The translations under genes and the position numbers were made by a program. 64,000 bases of DNA from an uncultured Undibacter sp. (GTDB lineage: Bacteria; Pseudomonadota; Alphaproteobacteria; Rhizobiales; Xanthobacteraceae). Positions within the stretch are counted from its first letter, which is position 1. Each line of letters starts with the position of its first letter. The stretch spans positions 3,037-67,036 of the forward strand of contig CAYJPU010000002.1 of assembly GCA_964372105.1 (NCBI GenBank). Reading direction: 5' to 3'. Below, one piece after another: positions 38,698-49,593 of this stretch. Under the pieces are notes generated by a model. It ran no database searches and had not been told where the DNA came from. It saw nothing but the letters and a program-made list of their open reading frames with translations.

Positions 38698-39780
38698 TTG
38701 AAAATCCTGTTCCTCGGCGAAATCGGCCCCGGGCAGACTTCGCTCATGCGAATGCGCGCGCTCAAGCGGCTCGGACACGACGTGCGCGGCGTCGATACGG
38801 TCGAAGCGTTGAGGCGTGCATCTTGGTTGAAACGCCAGGTTCTGCGCCGGTTTTGCAACGGCCCGGTGATCGATGACATCAACCACGCGGTGCTTGAGGT
38901 GGCGCGGGCCTTCAAGCCGGATCTGGTCTGGGGCGAGAAGCAGGAGTTTCTCCGGGTCGAGACGCTGACGGCGTTGCGCCGAACGGGCGCGCGCCTGGTT
39001 CATTTCACCCCCGACCCGTATTTTTCGCTGGCCTGGAAGCGGACGCCGCTGATGGATTCGGCGATCGGGCGTTTCGACGTCCTCGTCTACTGCAAGAGCT
39101 ACGAACGCGACCAATACGCGGCGCTCGGCACACCGCTGATCTACATGCCGCTCGGCTATTGCGACGAAGTGCATCGGCCGCTGCCGTCGGACGATCCACG
39201 GTGGCGCTGCGCGGTGGGCTTCATCGGCGGCTGGGAGCCGCAGCGCGAGCGGCTTCTCCATGCCGTCGCCGCGGCCGGCATCGATCTCAAGATTCGCGGT
39301 GGCTATTGGGATTTTCTGCGCGACGGCCGATGGACGCTCCGGCGGCAGATCATCCTGCGCCAGCTTGCCGGCCGCGACAGCTTTCGAATCCACCGCGACG
39401 ATCTGCTCGGACGCGCATGGCAGGGGGGCGAGGTCTATGCCGACGACTATGCCTGCGCCCTGACCGGGGCGAAGATCGGCCTCGGTCTACTTCGCAGGGT
39501 GTGCCCGGATCAGCATACGACCCGCACCTTCGAGATCCCGGCGTGCGGCAGCATGCTGTTGGCGGACCGGACCGATGAACATCGCGGTTTCTTTGCCGAG
39601 GGCGTGGAGGCGGAGTTCTTCTCTTCGCGAGAGGAGCTCGTCGACAAGGCGGCGTTTTATCGCGCCGACGAAGCCGCGCGCCAGCGTATCGCACGGGCCG
39701 GCTTCGAGCGCGGCGTGAGTTCGAAATACGCCTACATCCATCGTCTCAAGTCGGTGCTTGATGAATTGTCCGCGCTCTGA
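38698..39780 (+). CDS. CgeB-like glycosyltransferase (GT-B)
   Basis: TTG 38698 (MKILFLGE) in the track frame 38380; VGFIGGWE..R, RTFEIPACG..L...T.EH. Confidence 0.82.
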   Translation: MKILFLGEIGPGQTSLMRMRALKRLGHDVRGVDTVEALRRASWLKRQVLRRFCNGPVIDDINHAVLEVARAFKPDLVWGEKQEFLRVETLTALRRTGARLVHFTPDPYFSLAWKRTPLMDSAIGRFDVLVYCKSYERDQYAALGTPLIYMPLGYCDEVHRPLPSDDPRWRCAVGFIGGWEPQRERLLHAVAAAGIDLKIRGGYWDFLRDGRWTLRRQIILRQLAGRDSFRIHRDDLLGRAWQGGEVYADDYACALTGAKIGLGLLRRVCPDQHTTRTFEIPACGSMLLADRTDEHRGFFAEGVEAEFFSSREELVDKAAFYRADEAARQRIARAGFERGVSSKYAYIHRLKSVLDELSAL

Positions 39781-39801
39781 ACGATTGCCGCGAGGGCGGC
39801 C

Positions 39802-40689
39802 GTGATGTCGGAGGAAGCGCCGCTGTTCGAGCGCTTGCTCATCGCCTATGCGCGGAAGTTTCCGCTGCGCAAGGGCAAGCTGCGCGTGGTCGACCGCCTG
39901 TGGCGCGCCGCGGCCGGGCGGCGCGGCACCATGCGTATGGCGAATTTGCGTTACGGCGGATTCAGGATGGTCTGCGACCTCACCGAGCTGTTGCAGCGTC
40001 AGTTCTATTTCTTCGGCACCTATTTCGTCGAGGAGCGGATTCTCGACTGTTGGACGAAGGAGGCGGCGCAGGCGAAGGTCGTGTTCGATGTCGGCGCCAA
40101 CTTCGGCATCTACAGTTTGGCGGCGCTCGCCAGCCGTCCCGACGCCATCGTCCACGCCTTCGAGCCGACGCCGGAAATCGCGCAGCGCTTAAGGGAAACC
40201 GCGTCGCTCAACGGTCTGGACAATCTTACCGTTCACCAGTTCGCGGTCTCAAACTATTGCGGAGAAGCCGTCCTGCATCGCTTGCGCGGCGAGCTCGGCA
40301 CCAACGAGGGCATGAACTACGTCAGCGCCGACAATACTGCGGAGGAGGGCGCGCCGGGAGAAAGCGTGCAGACCGTTTCGATCGATGAATTCTGCCGGCA
40401 AAACAGCGTGAGGCAGATCGATCTGCTCAAGCTCGACGTGCAGGGCCACGAGTTCCCCGTGTTGCAGGGGGCCGAAAGCCTCATTAGGCTTGGGCAAATA
40501 CAAACCGTTTTCATGGAACTGAACTGGGCCGGCCAAGGGGAGGCCGATTGTCCAGCAACCCAATCCATTCGGCTGCTGGAGCAGGCCGGGTTTCGTTTCG
40601 CCGCCCCCGAAGACGGGGCTCGGTGGCGGATGGCCGGAACGTGGTTGCGAAGCCTGAGCGACGTCATGGCGCGTCGCGTTGGGGATTGA
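39802..40689 (+). CDS. FkbM family methyltransferase
   Basis: VFDVGANFG.YS, AFEP, LKLDVQGHE. Confidence 0.9.
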   Translation: MMSEEAPLFERLLIAYARKFPLRKGKLRVVDRLWRAAAGRRGTMRMANLRYGGFRMVCDLTELLQRQFYFFGTYFVEERILDCWTKEAAQAKVVFDVGANFGIYSLAALASRPDAIVHAFEPTPEIAQRLRETASLNGLDNLTVHQFAVSNYCGEAVLHRLRGELGTNEGMNYVSADNTAEEGAPGESVQTVSIDEFCRQNSVRQIDLLKLDVQGHEFPVLQGAESLIRLGQIQTVFMELNWAGQGEADCPATQSIRLLEQAGFRFAAPEDGARWRMAGTWLRSLSDVMARRVGD

Positions 40690-40692
40690 TGA

Positions 40693-42024
40693 ATGGAATA
40701 TTCGATCGGCGTCTGTATAGCAGCGTTTTTTTGCCTGCTGTGGATCCTCCGACGTAGCTCAGTCTCTCTTGGCTTGCCGGTCGCCTATTTGTTCTTGCTG
40801 TTGTTGATCCACGTTCCGGGCGCCTACGCGCATCTTGTCACCAACTGGCTGCCTTTCACTGACGTCGTCGAGTTCGGGATCTATTTCACGGCGATCGGTA
40901 CGGTCAGCTTCGTTGCCGGCGTTTGGGCGGTGCGCATATTCAAACTGCGGCCGAAGCCCGCCATGCCGGACTTCGATGAACGGGCGTTTTCGATATTCTG
41001 CCTGTTCGGCGGATGGTTCTTCACCTACGCCCTCAGCCCGCTTCAAGCTTTTCCGTCGATCGGGGCCGCCGTCGAGCGGGCCGGAGCGATTTGGATGCTG
41101 GGCGTGATGTTGGGTCTGCGAGCGGCCGTGCGCCGGGCCGATCTGCTTATGACCGTCCTCTGGCTCTCGGCACTGGCGGTCTACCCGGTGCTCATGCTCC
41201 TGCTTGGCGGATTCCTGAGCTATGGGTCTGCGGCTATCATCATCGTCATGTCGATCCTGACGGTATCCGTTGAAAGCCGCATCAAAGTCGTCATCGGCAT
41301 TATTGTCGCCGTCTTCCTGAGCCTGAATGTATTTGTAAATTATTTCGCACATCGGGCTGAAATCCGAAGCGAAGTGTGGGGTGGCGCGCCGCTGGCCGAC
41401 CGCGTCGATAGGACGCTGGATGTGGTGCGGGACTTCGAATGGTTCGATGCTGAAAATCGTGCGCAGGTGAAGGCGCTCGATCTGCGGTTGAATCAGAATT
41501 ATTTCGCTGGGCTGTCTGCCCTCAGGATCGAGCAAGGGCTCGTCGACTATCTTTACGGCCGGTCCCTCTGGGAAGGTGCGATCGCGCTCGTCCCGCGCGC
41601 CTTATGGCCCGAGAAGCCGGTCGTTGCCGGCAGTCCGAAAATCGTGGGCGAGATGACCGGATTGCAGCTCAACCAGAACACGTCGTTCGGCGTGGGCAAT
41701 GTGATGGAGTTTCAGATCAATTTCGGCATTCCCGGATTGGTCGTCGGCTTCTTCGTGCTCGGGCTGTTGCTGAGGCTGTTGGACCGCAGTGCCGCCGATG
41801 CGGTGAACCGTGGCGATTACGGCAGTGCCATTTTGTTTTTCCTGCCCGCTCTCTCCTTGATCCAGCCGAATGGATCGATGGTCGAGCTGTGCGGCGGCGC
41901 CGCCGCCGCCTGGGTAGGCGCCTACGTCTGGAGATTTTTATGGATGTATTGGGCGGCGCGCGAGGGGCCGCGCGCCGGGCGGCTCCCGCCGAGGCCGCTC
42001 GATCCGCGTTTTCCCAGGCGATGA
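40693..42024 (+). CDS. Polytopic membrane protein, putative Wzy-like polymerase
   Basis: About 10 TMs; late periplasmic loop with VPRALWPEKP and EFQINFG..G, typical of Wzy-like proteins. Confidence 0.7.
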   Translation: MEYSIGVCIAAFFCLLWILRRSSVSLGLPVAYLFLLLLIHVPGAYAHLVTNWLPFTDVVEFGIYFTAIGTVSFVAGVWAVRIFKLRPKPAMPDFDERAFSIFCLFGGWFFTYALSPLQAFPSIGAAVERAGAIWMLGVMLGLRAAVRRADLLMTVLWLSALAVYPVLMLLLGGFLSYGSAAIIIVMSILTVSVESRIKVVIGIIVAVFLSLNVFVNYFAHRAEIRSEVWGGAPLADRVDRTLDVVRDFEWFDAENRAQVKALDLRLNQNYFAGLSALRIEQGLVDYLYGRSLWEGAIALVPRALWPEKPVVAGSPKIVGEMTGLQLNQNTSFGVGNVMEFQINFGIPGLVVGFFVLGLLLRLLDRSAADAVNRGDYGSAILFFLPALSLIQPNGSMVELCGGAAAAWVGAYVWRFLWMYWAAREGPRAGRLPPRPLDPRFPRR

Positions 42025-42055
42025 CCCAAGGCGGCGACCGGCGGCGGAGATTCGC

Positions 42056-43156
42056 GTGAAGGTCATGCTGACCGCTACGAGTCTTCTGCCGGCCTATGGC
42101 GGTCCTGCCTATTCCGTCTCGCGACTGGCGCTGGCTTTGGCGCATGCAGGAGCCGAGGTCGGCTTATGGGCATCCGATCAATCGGCCACGACGACGCCGC
42201 TTCTCTCGGCACGTCCGGGCGTCCGTTGCCTCGTTGGCGGCTGCGCCGAGGCGGTTGCGGCTTTCGGCAAGCCCGACGTGCTGCACGACAACGGCCTGTG
42301 GTTGCGGCACAACCACGGCCTCGCGGGTCTCGCGGCGCGCGCGTGCGTTCCGCGCGTCGTGAGCACGCGGGGCATGCTCGAGCCTTGGGCGTTGCGTCAT
42401 AAGTGCCTGAAAAAAGCAGCGGCCTGGTGGCTCTACCAGAGATCCGACCTGCGGCGGGCGCAGCTGCTGCACGCCACCGCCGAGCAGGAAGCCGTCAATC
42501 TGGAAAAGCTCGGGCTCGGCGTTCCAGTGAGGACGGTTCCGAACGGCGTCGATCTGCCGTCCCGCGATGGCGGCGGCGCGGCGCGGGCGCGCGATGCCGA
42601 GCCGCGGACGGCGCTGTTTGTGGGCCGCATCTATCCGGTCAAAGGGCTGCTGATGCTGGTCGAAGCCTGGGCGCGCGTGCGTCCTGAGGGCTGGCGTCTG
42701 AAGATCGCCGGACCGGACGAGGCCGGACACCGCGCCGCGGTAGAGCGCGCGGTGACGTCGGCCGGCTTGCGCGACGTTGTGTCATTTTCGGGTCCGCTCG
42801 ATGATGAGGCGAAGAGCGCGGCTTATTTTGCTGCCGACTTGTTCGTGCTGCCGAGCCATTCGGAGAGTTTCGCCATGGTTGTGGCCGAGGCACTGGCGCA
42901 CGGACTGCCGGTGCTGACCACCACCGCCACGCCATGGAGCCGGCTGGCCGAGCGCGGGTGCGGGTGGTCGGTCGCCGCGACGGCCGATGGCGTTGCACTG
43001 GGGTTGCGGCAGGCGACCGCGCTCGATTCGACGACGTTGCGCAATATGGGCGGCAACGGCCGCGCCTGGGTCGCTGCGGACTTCGGCTGGGCCGCGGTCG
43101 CCGATCGATTCCTCGGCGTCTACGAACAGATTGCGGCACGCCGCAGGCCGAGCTGA
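42056..43156 (+). CDS. Glycosyltransferase family 4
   Basis: YGGP, STRGMLEPW, GRIYPVKG, SESFAMVVAEAL. Confidence 0.9.
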   Translation: MKVMLTATSLLPAYGGPAYSVSRLALALAHAGAEVGLWASDQSATTTPLLSARPGVRCLVGGCAEAVAAFGKPDVLHDNGLWLRHNHGLAGLAARACVPRVVSTRGMLEPWALRHKCLKKAAAWWLYQRSDLRRAQLLHATAEQEAVNLEKLGLGVPVRTVPNGVDLPSRDGGGAARARDAEPRTALFVGRIYPVKGLLMLVEAWARVRPEGWRLKIAGPDEAGHRAAVERAVTSAGLRDVVSFSGPLDDEAKSAAYFAADLFVLPSHSESFAMVVAEALAHGLPVLTTTATPWSRLAERGCGWSVAATADGVALGLRQATALDSTTLRNMGGNGRAWVAADFGWAAVADRFLGVYEQIAARRRPS

Positions 43157-43174
43157 CCCCGCGATCAAGGCGAC

Positions 43175-44920
43175 ATGTATATCCTCGGCCTCAACAGCTA
43201 CCACGGCGATTCATCGGCCTGCCTGATCCGCGACGGTCGCATCGTTGCCGCCGCGGAGGAGGAGCGCTTCCGCCGTGTCAAGCACTGGGCCGGTTTTCCG
43301 TCGCAGGCGATCGCTTATTGTCTGGCTGAAGCGGGCATCGCGCCGGCCGATGTCGCGCACGTGGCCGTCAACAGCGACCCGCGCGCCAACACCGCGCGCC
43401 GCTTGTGGCACGTCCTGGCCGCGCGGCCGCAGCCGCTGTTGTTGCTCGACCGGCTGCGCAACCGCCGCCGGCGCGCTTCGGTCGAGAGCGAGCTGGCGGC
43501 GCTGCCCGGCGCGGCTTTCCGAGGGCAGGTCCATGCGGTCGAGCATCATCTTGCGCACCTTGCGTCGTGCTTTTTGGTGTCGCCGTTCGAGCGTGCCGCC
43601 GTGGTCTCGGTCGACGGTTTCGGCGATTTCGCCAGCGCGGCCTGGGGCACCGGGGAGGGCGGCGCGATCGCCGTCGACGGCCGCGTGTATTTTCCGCATT
43701 CCCTCGGCGTTTTTTATCAGGCGATCACGCAGTATCTCGGCTTTCCGCATTACGGCGACGAGTACAAGGTCATGGGGCTTGCGCCCTACGGACGGCCGAG
43801 CGCGCTGGAGGCCATGCGCAGAATCGTGCAGCTCTATGGCGACGGCTCCTATGCGCTCGACCTGCGCTACTTCCGTCACCATCGCGAGCACGTGCCCTAT
43901 CAATGGAGCGATGGCGCGCCGCACGTCGGCGATCTGTTCTCGCCGGCGCTGGAGGAGCTGTTGGGCCCGCGCCGCCGGCCCGACGAGCCGCTCGCCGACA
44001 GACACCGCGACATCGCGCGCTCGGCGCAGGCGATGTACGAGGAAGCCTTCTTCAACCTGCTCAACGCGCTGCACGCCCGCACCGGCCTGACCGATCTCGC
44101 GCTCGCCGGCGGCTGCGGCATGAACTCGGTCGCGAACGGCAAGGTGCGGCGCATGACGCCGTTCCGCCGCCTCTACGTGCAGGCGGCGGCCGGCGATGCC
44201 GGCGGCGCGATCGGTGCGGCCTTTGCGGTCTGGCACCGGTGCGGCGGGACGCGCTCGTTCGTGATGGACCACGCCTATTGGGGTCCGCATTTCAATGCCG
44301 CCGCCATTGATGCGCTGCTGGCCGAACGCCGGGCCGGGATCGAACAGGCCGGCTGCACGGTCGAGACGGTCACCGATGAAGGCGAGTTGTGCCGGCGCAC
44401 GGCGAGCGCCATTGCCGGCGGCCAGGTCGTCGGCTGGTTTCAGGGCCGCATGGAGTGGGGCCCGCGCGCGCTCGGCAACCGCTCGATTCTCGGCGATCCG
44501 CGCCGCGCCGACATGAAGGACGTCCTTAATCTCAAGATCAAACGGCGCGAGTCGTTTCGCCCGTTTGCGCCGTCGGTGCTGGAAGACCACGTCGCCGACT
44601 GGTTCGAGGAGGACGACCAGGTCCCCTTCATGATGCAGGTCTTCCAGATCCGCGAGGCCAAGCGTCCGCTCATCCCGGCGGTCACCCACGTCGACGGCTC
44701 GGGTCGCCTGCAGACGGTTTCGAAAACCACCAACTCGCTTTATTATCGCCTGATCGATATGTTCCGCGCCCAGACCGGCGTGCCGATGCTGCTCAACACC
44801 TCCTTCAACGAGAACGAGCCGGTGGTGTGCGAGCCGCGCGAGGCGCTGGATTGCTTCCTGCGCACGAAGATGGACATGCTGGTGATGGGCAACGTAATGC
44901 TGAGCCGGGACCTGACATGA
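43175..44920 (+). CDS. O-carbamoyltransferase (NodU/CmcH family)
   Basis: HGDSSA, EEERF.R.KH, EHHLAH, DGFGD, EYKVMGLAPYG, GPRALGNRS, KRRESFRPFAP, LNTSFN. Confidence 0.95.
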   Translation: MYILGLNSYHGDSSACLIRDGRIVAAAEEERFRRVKHWAGFPSQAIAYCLAEAGIAPADVAHVAVNSDPRANTARRLWHVLAARPQPLLLLDRLRNRRRRASVESELAALPGAAFRGQVHAVEHHLAHLASCFLVSPFERAAVVSVDGFGDFASAAWGTGEGGAIAVDGRVYFPHSLGVFYQAITQYLGFPHYGDEYKVMGLAPYGRPSALEAMRRIVQLYGDGSYALDLRYFRHHREHVPYQWSDGAPHVGDLFSPALEELLGPRRRPDEPLADRHRDIARSAQAMYEEAFFNLLNALHARTGLTDLALAGGCGMNSVANGKVRRMTPFRRLYVQAAAGDAGGAIGAAFAVWHRCGGTRSFVMDHAYWGPHFNAAAIDALLAERRAGIEQAGCTVETVTDEGELCRRTASAIAGGQVVGWFQGRMEWGPRALGNRSILGDPRRADMKDVLNLKIKRRESFRPFAPSVLEDHVADWFEEDDQVPFMMQVFQIREAKRPLIPAVTHVDGSGRLQTVSKTTNSLYYRLIDMFRAQTGVPMLLNTSFNENEPVVCEPREALDCFLRTKMDMLVMGNVMLSRDLT

Positions 44921-45888
44921 AAATCCTCGTGACCGGCGGCGCCGGCTATATCGGCAGCCATGCCTGCAAGGTGCTGGCGGCGAGGGGGTTTGAGCCCGTC
45001 GTCTACGACAATCTTTCGCGCGGCAACCGCTGGGCGGTGCAATGGGGGCCGTTCGAACAAGGCGACCTCGCCGACGCCGGCCGCCTGCGTGCGGTGATCG
45101 AGCGGCATCAGCCGGCTGCCGTGATGCATTTCGCGGCTTTCGCCTATGTCGGCGAGTCGGTTGAGAACCCGCTGCTGTATTACCAGAACAACATCGGCGG
45201 CAGCGCCGCGCTGTTTCGCGCCCTTGTCGATTGGCGCGTTGTCCCGGTGGTGTTCTCGTCGACCTGCGCGACCTATGGCGTGCCGCAGACCGTGCCGATC
45301 CCGGAAGAGCACCCGCAAAGTCCGATCAACCCCTACGGTTTTTCCAAGCTGGCGGTCGAGCGCATGCTCGCCGATCTCGACCGCGCCCACGGCTTGCGCT
45401 CGATTTCCTTGCGCTACTTCAACGCCGCCGGCGCCGATCCGGAAGGCGCCATCGGCGAGGCGCACGAGCCCGAGCCGCATCTGATCCCGCGCGTGCTGAC
45501 GGCCGCCAAAGACGGCACCGCGGTGACGGTCTTCGGCAGCGATTACGAGACCCCGGACGGCACCTGTGTTCGCGACTACATTCACGTCATGGACATCGCC
45601 GACGCCCATGTGCGCGCGCTCGATTATCTGCTCGGCGGCGGCGCCAGCGCCGCACTCAACCTCGCCAACGAGCACGGCTATTCCGTGCTGCAAGTCATCG
45701 ACGCGGCGCAAGCCGTGTGCGGCAAACTTATCCGGGTCGAGCGCGCCGCGCGCCGGCCGGGCGATCCGCCGGTGCTGATCGGCGCGGCCGCGCGGGCGCG
45801 CGCCGTGCTCGGCTGGCGGCCGTCGCGCTCCGCGCTCGAGCAGCAACTCGCCGACGCCTGGACGTGGATGAAAAAGAGAGAGACGTGA
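44917..45888 (+). CDS. galE: UDP-glucose 4-epimerase
   Basis: ATG 44917; GGAGYIGSH, VGESV, SSTCATYG, YGFSK, RYFNAAG, RDYIHV. Confidence 0.92.
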   Translation: MKILVTGGAGYIGSHACKVLAARGFEPVVYDNLSRGNRWAVQWGPFEQGDLADAGRLRAVIERHQPAAVMHFAAFAYVGESVENPLLYYQNNIGGSAALFRALVDWRVVPVVFSSTCATYGVPQTVPIPEEHPQSPINPYGFSKLAVERMLADLDRAHGLRSISLRYFNAAGADPEGAIGEAHEPEPHLIPRVLTAAKDGTAVTVFGSDYETPDGTCVRDYIHVMDIADAHVRALDYLLGGGASAALNLANEHGYSVLQVIDAAQAVCGKLIRVERAARRPGDPPVLIGAAARARAVLGWRPSRSALEQQLADAWTWMKKRET

Positions 45889-46144
45889 GCCGCGGCCTGT
45901 TCACGCCGGCTATGAGATTTTAGTCTCTTATCTGGCGCGCGGGCGGTTTTTCAGGCGGCCTGTCCAAGTCAAGTATTGCGCCGCCCAACTCGTTGTTCTC
46001 ATTGATTTTTGGCAGGCCCCGCGCCGGGCCCATCTGGCGCGATACCGACGGTTGTTTTTCAAGAACGAGATATCCCCACCCCCTTCCTCGACCGCCTGAG
46101 AAATGCGGTACAAGGATGGAAGTGATTTGGGGCCTGGAGAACTC

Positions 46145-47131
<987 letters not shown>

Positions 47132-47200
47132 GACGGTTTACTTCGCGGCGCGCTTTGCGGTACGTCTCGGCCTCATGTTCCAGCGTACCTGACGAGAACC

Positions 47201-48163
47201 GTGATGACGCCGCCCCTGTTGTTTGACCTCAAAGGCCAGCGGGTCTTCGTCACCGGCCACAACGGCATGGCCGGGTCGGCCCTTGTGCGCCGGCTGATGC
47301 GCGAAGACTGCGAGGTCCTCACGGCGGACCGGCAGAAGCTCGACCTCACCGACCAGAGCCAGACCGAGGACTGGCTGGCGCAGCACAGGCCGGACGCGGT
47401 GTTCAACGCCGCCGGCCACGTCGGCGGCATCTTCGCCAACGATACGTTTCCGGCCGACTTCATCGTCGACAATCTCGCCATCGGCCTGAACGTCATCCGC
47501 GGCTCGTTCAAGACCGGCGTCAAGAAGCTGCTCGCGCTCGGCTCGTCCTGCATCTATCCGAAGCTGGCGGCGCAGCCGATGACGGAGGATTCGCTGCTGA
47601 CCGGCCCGCTCGAGCCGACCAACGAGTGGTACGCCGTCGCCAAGATCGCCGCGATCAAGATGTGCGAAGCCTACCGCAAGCAGCACGGCGCTGATTTCAT
47701 CTCGGTGATGCCGACCAACCTGTACGGGCCGGGCGACAACTACCATCCCAAGAACAGTCATGTGCCGGCCGCGCTCATCCGGCGCTTCCACGAAGGCAAG
47801 ACGGCCGGGGCGCCGACGGTCGACGTGTGGGGCACCGGCAAGCCCCGGCGCGAATTCCTCTGCTCGGACGACCTCGCCGACGCCTGCGTGTTCGTGATGA
47901 AGCACTATTCGGCCCCCGGCTTCCTCAATGTCGGCACCGGCAAGGACGTCACGATCGGCGAATTCGCCCAGATCGTCAGCGACGTTACCGGCTACCAGGG
48001 CGGCATCGTGTTCGATACCAGCCGGCCGGACGGCCCGCCGCAGAAGCTGCTGGACGTGTCCCGGCTCACGGCGCTCGGCTGGCAGCCCAAAATCCCGCTG
48101 CGCGAGGGTTTGGCCGCCGCTTATGCCGATTTCCTGAGCGGCAGCCGGCGTTCAGCGGCCTGA
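47201..48163 (+). CDS. fcl: GDP-L-fucose synthase
   Basis: GHNGMAG, VGGI.AN, GSSCIYPK, EPTNEWYAVAK, PTNLYGP.DN, HVPAAL. Confidence 0.93.
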   Translation: MMTPPLLFDLKGQRVFVTGHNGMAGSALVRRLMREDCEVLTADRQKLDLTDQSQTEDWLAQHRPDAVFNAAGHVGGIFANDTFPADFIVDNLAIGLNVIRGSFKTGVKKLLALGSSCIYPKLAAQPMTEDSLLTGPLEPTNEWYAVAKIAAIKMCEAYRKQHGADFISVMPTNLYGPGDNYHPKNSHVPAALIRRFHEGKTAGAPTVDVWGTGKPRREFLCSDDLADACVFVMKHYSAPGFLNVGTGKDVTIGEFAQIVSDVTGYQGGIVFDTSRPDGPPQKLLDVSRLTALGWQPKIPLREGLAAAYADFLSGSRRSAA

Positions 48164-48367
48164 TCCCTTAAAAGAGCCGATATTGGTGGTCTGCCGGCGG
48201 TTGTGGCCGGGAGGCGGAAATCCCTTTTGTCCACCCTGGCTATTTGCTACCTAACCGCCTGCAAGACAGCGATAATTGTGTCCGCGACGGACGTGACCGG
48301 AGGCGTCGCTTCTCCGCTCCCTTCGCCTGTAACCTGTAAAAGGTGCCGCTTGAATTACACGCCCGCC

Positions 48368-49591
48368 ATGCCGCTCGCCGCCGCCGGGGACGATACCGCC
48401 CTGGCCGATCTCACGGTCGTGGGCGGCGCCGGTCATGTCGGCATTCCGCTGGTGCTGGCCTTCGCCGAAGCCGGACTGACGGTGAACGTCAACGACCTCA
48501 ACGAGGCCACGCTCGCCACGCTCAAGTCCGGCAAGCTGCCGTTCATCGAGTACGGCGCCGAGCCGCTTTTGAAGAAGGCGCTGGCCAACAAGCGGCTGGT
48601 GTTCTCGTCGTCGCCGAGCGGCATCAGCAAGCGCGGGCCGGTCGTCATCACCATCGGCACGCCGGTCGACGAGTTCCTCAATCCGGTGCACGGCGACGTG
48701 CAGCGCTGCGTCGACGACCTGCTGCCGCACGTGTCCGACGATCAGCTTCTGGTGCTGCGCTCGACCGTCTATCCGGGCACGACCGATTGGCTCGCCGATT
48801 ATCTCAAGCGGCTCGGCCGCAAGAACCGCATCGCCTTCTGTCCGGAGCGCGTCGTGCAGGGCTACGGCATCAAGGAACTGGGGTCGATGCCGCAGATCGT
48901 CAGCGGCACCACGCCGGAGGCCGAGCAGGAGGCCGCCGACCTGTTCCGCCACATCACGCCGGAGCTCGTCACCTGCAAGCCGATGGAAGCCGAGTTCGCC
49001 AAGCTGTTCAGCAACGCCTACCGCTACATCGAGTTCGCCGCCACCAACCAGTTCTACATGCTCGCCAAGCAAGCCGGCGCCGACTACCAGGCGATCATGA
49101 AGGCGATGAAGACCAACTACCCGCGGCTCAAGAGCCTGCCGGGGCCCGGCTTCTCCGCCGGCCCTTGCCTGTTCAAAGACACGATGCAGCTCGCCGCCTA
49201 TGCGCGCAACCAGTTCGGCCTCGGCCACGCCGCGATGCAGGTCAACGAGGGCCTGGTGTTGCAGCTCGTCGACGACCTGCGGCGCAACTACGACGTCGGC
49301 CGGATGACCGTGGGTCTGTTGGGCATGGCCTTCAAGGCCGAGATCGATGACACCCGCGCCTCGCTGAGCTACAAGGTCAAGCGCGCGTTGCAGATGTGCG
49401 CGCGCGAGGTGCTGACCACCGATCCCTTCGTCACCACCGATTCCTCGCTGCTGCCGCTCGAGCAGGTCGTCGATCGCAGCGACATCATGATCCTGTGCAC
49501 GCCGCATTCGGCCTATGCCGCCGCCGACCTCAAGGGTAAGCCCGTCGTCGACGTCTGGGGCTTTCTGAAGCACGGGAATATCGTGTCCTGA
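48368..49591 (+). CDS. Nucleotide-sugar dehydrogenase (UDP-glucose/GDP-mannose/UDP-ManNAc dehydrogenase family)
   Basis: GGAGHVG.PL, IGTPVD, RSTVYPGTT, CPER, AKLFSN, GPCLFKD. Start chosen at ATG 48368. Confidence 0.9.
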   Translation: MPLAAAGDDTALADLTVVGGAGHVGIPLVLAFAEAGLTVNVNDLNEATLATLKSGKLPFIEYGAEPLLKKALANKRLVFSSSPSGISKRGPVVITIGTPVDEFLNPVHGDVQRCVDDLLPHVSDDQLLVLRSTVYPGTTDWLADYLKRLGRKNRIAFCPERVVQGYGIKELGSMPQIVSGTTPEAEQEAADLFRHITPELVTCKPMEAEFAKLFSNAYRYIEFAATNQFYMLAKQAGADYQAIMKAMKTNYPRLKSLPGPGFSAGPCLFKDTMQLAAYARNQFGLGHAAMQVNEGLVLQLVDDLRRNYDVGRMTVGLLGMAFKAEIDDTRASLSYKVKRALQMCAREVLTTDPFVTTDSSLLPLEQVVDRSDIMILCTPHSAYAAADLKGKPVVDVWGFLKHGNIVS

Positions 49592-49593
49592 GC

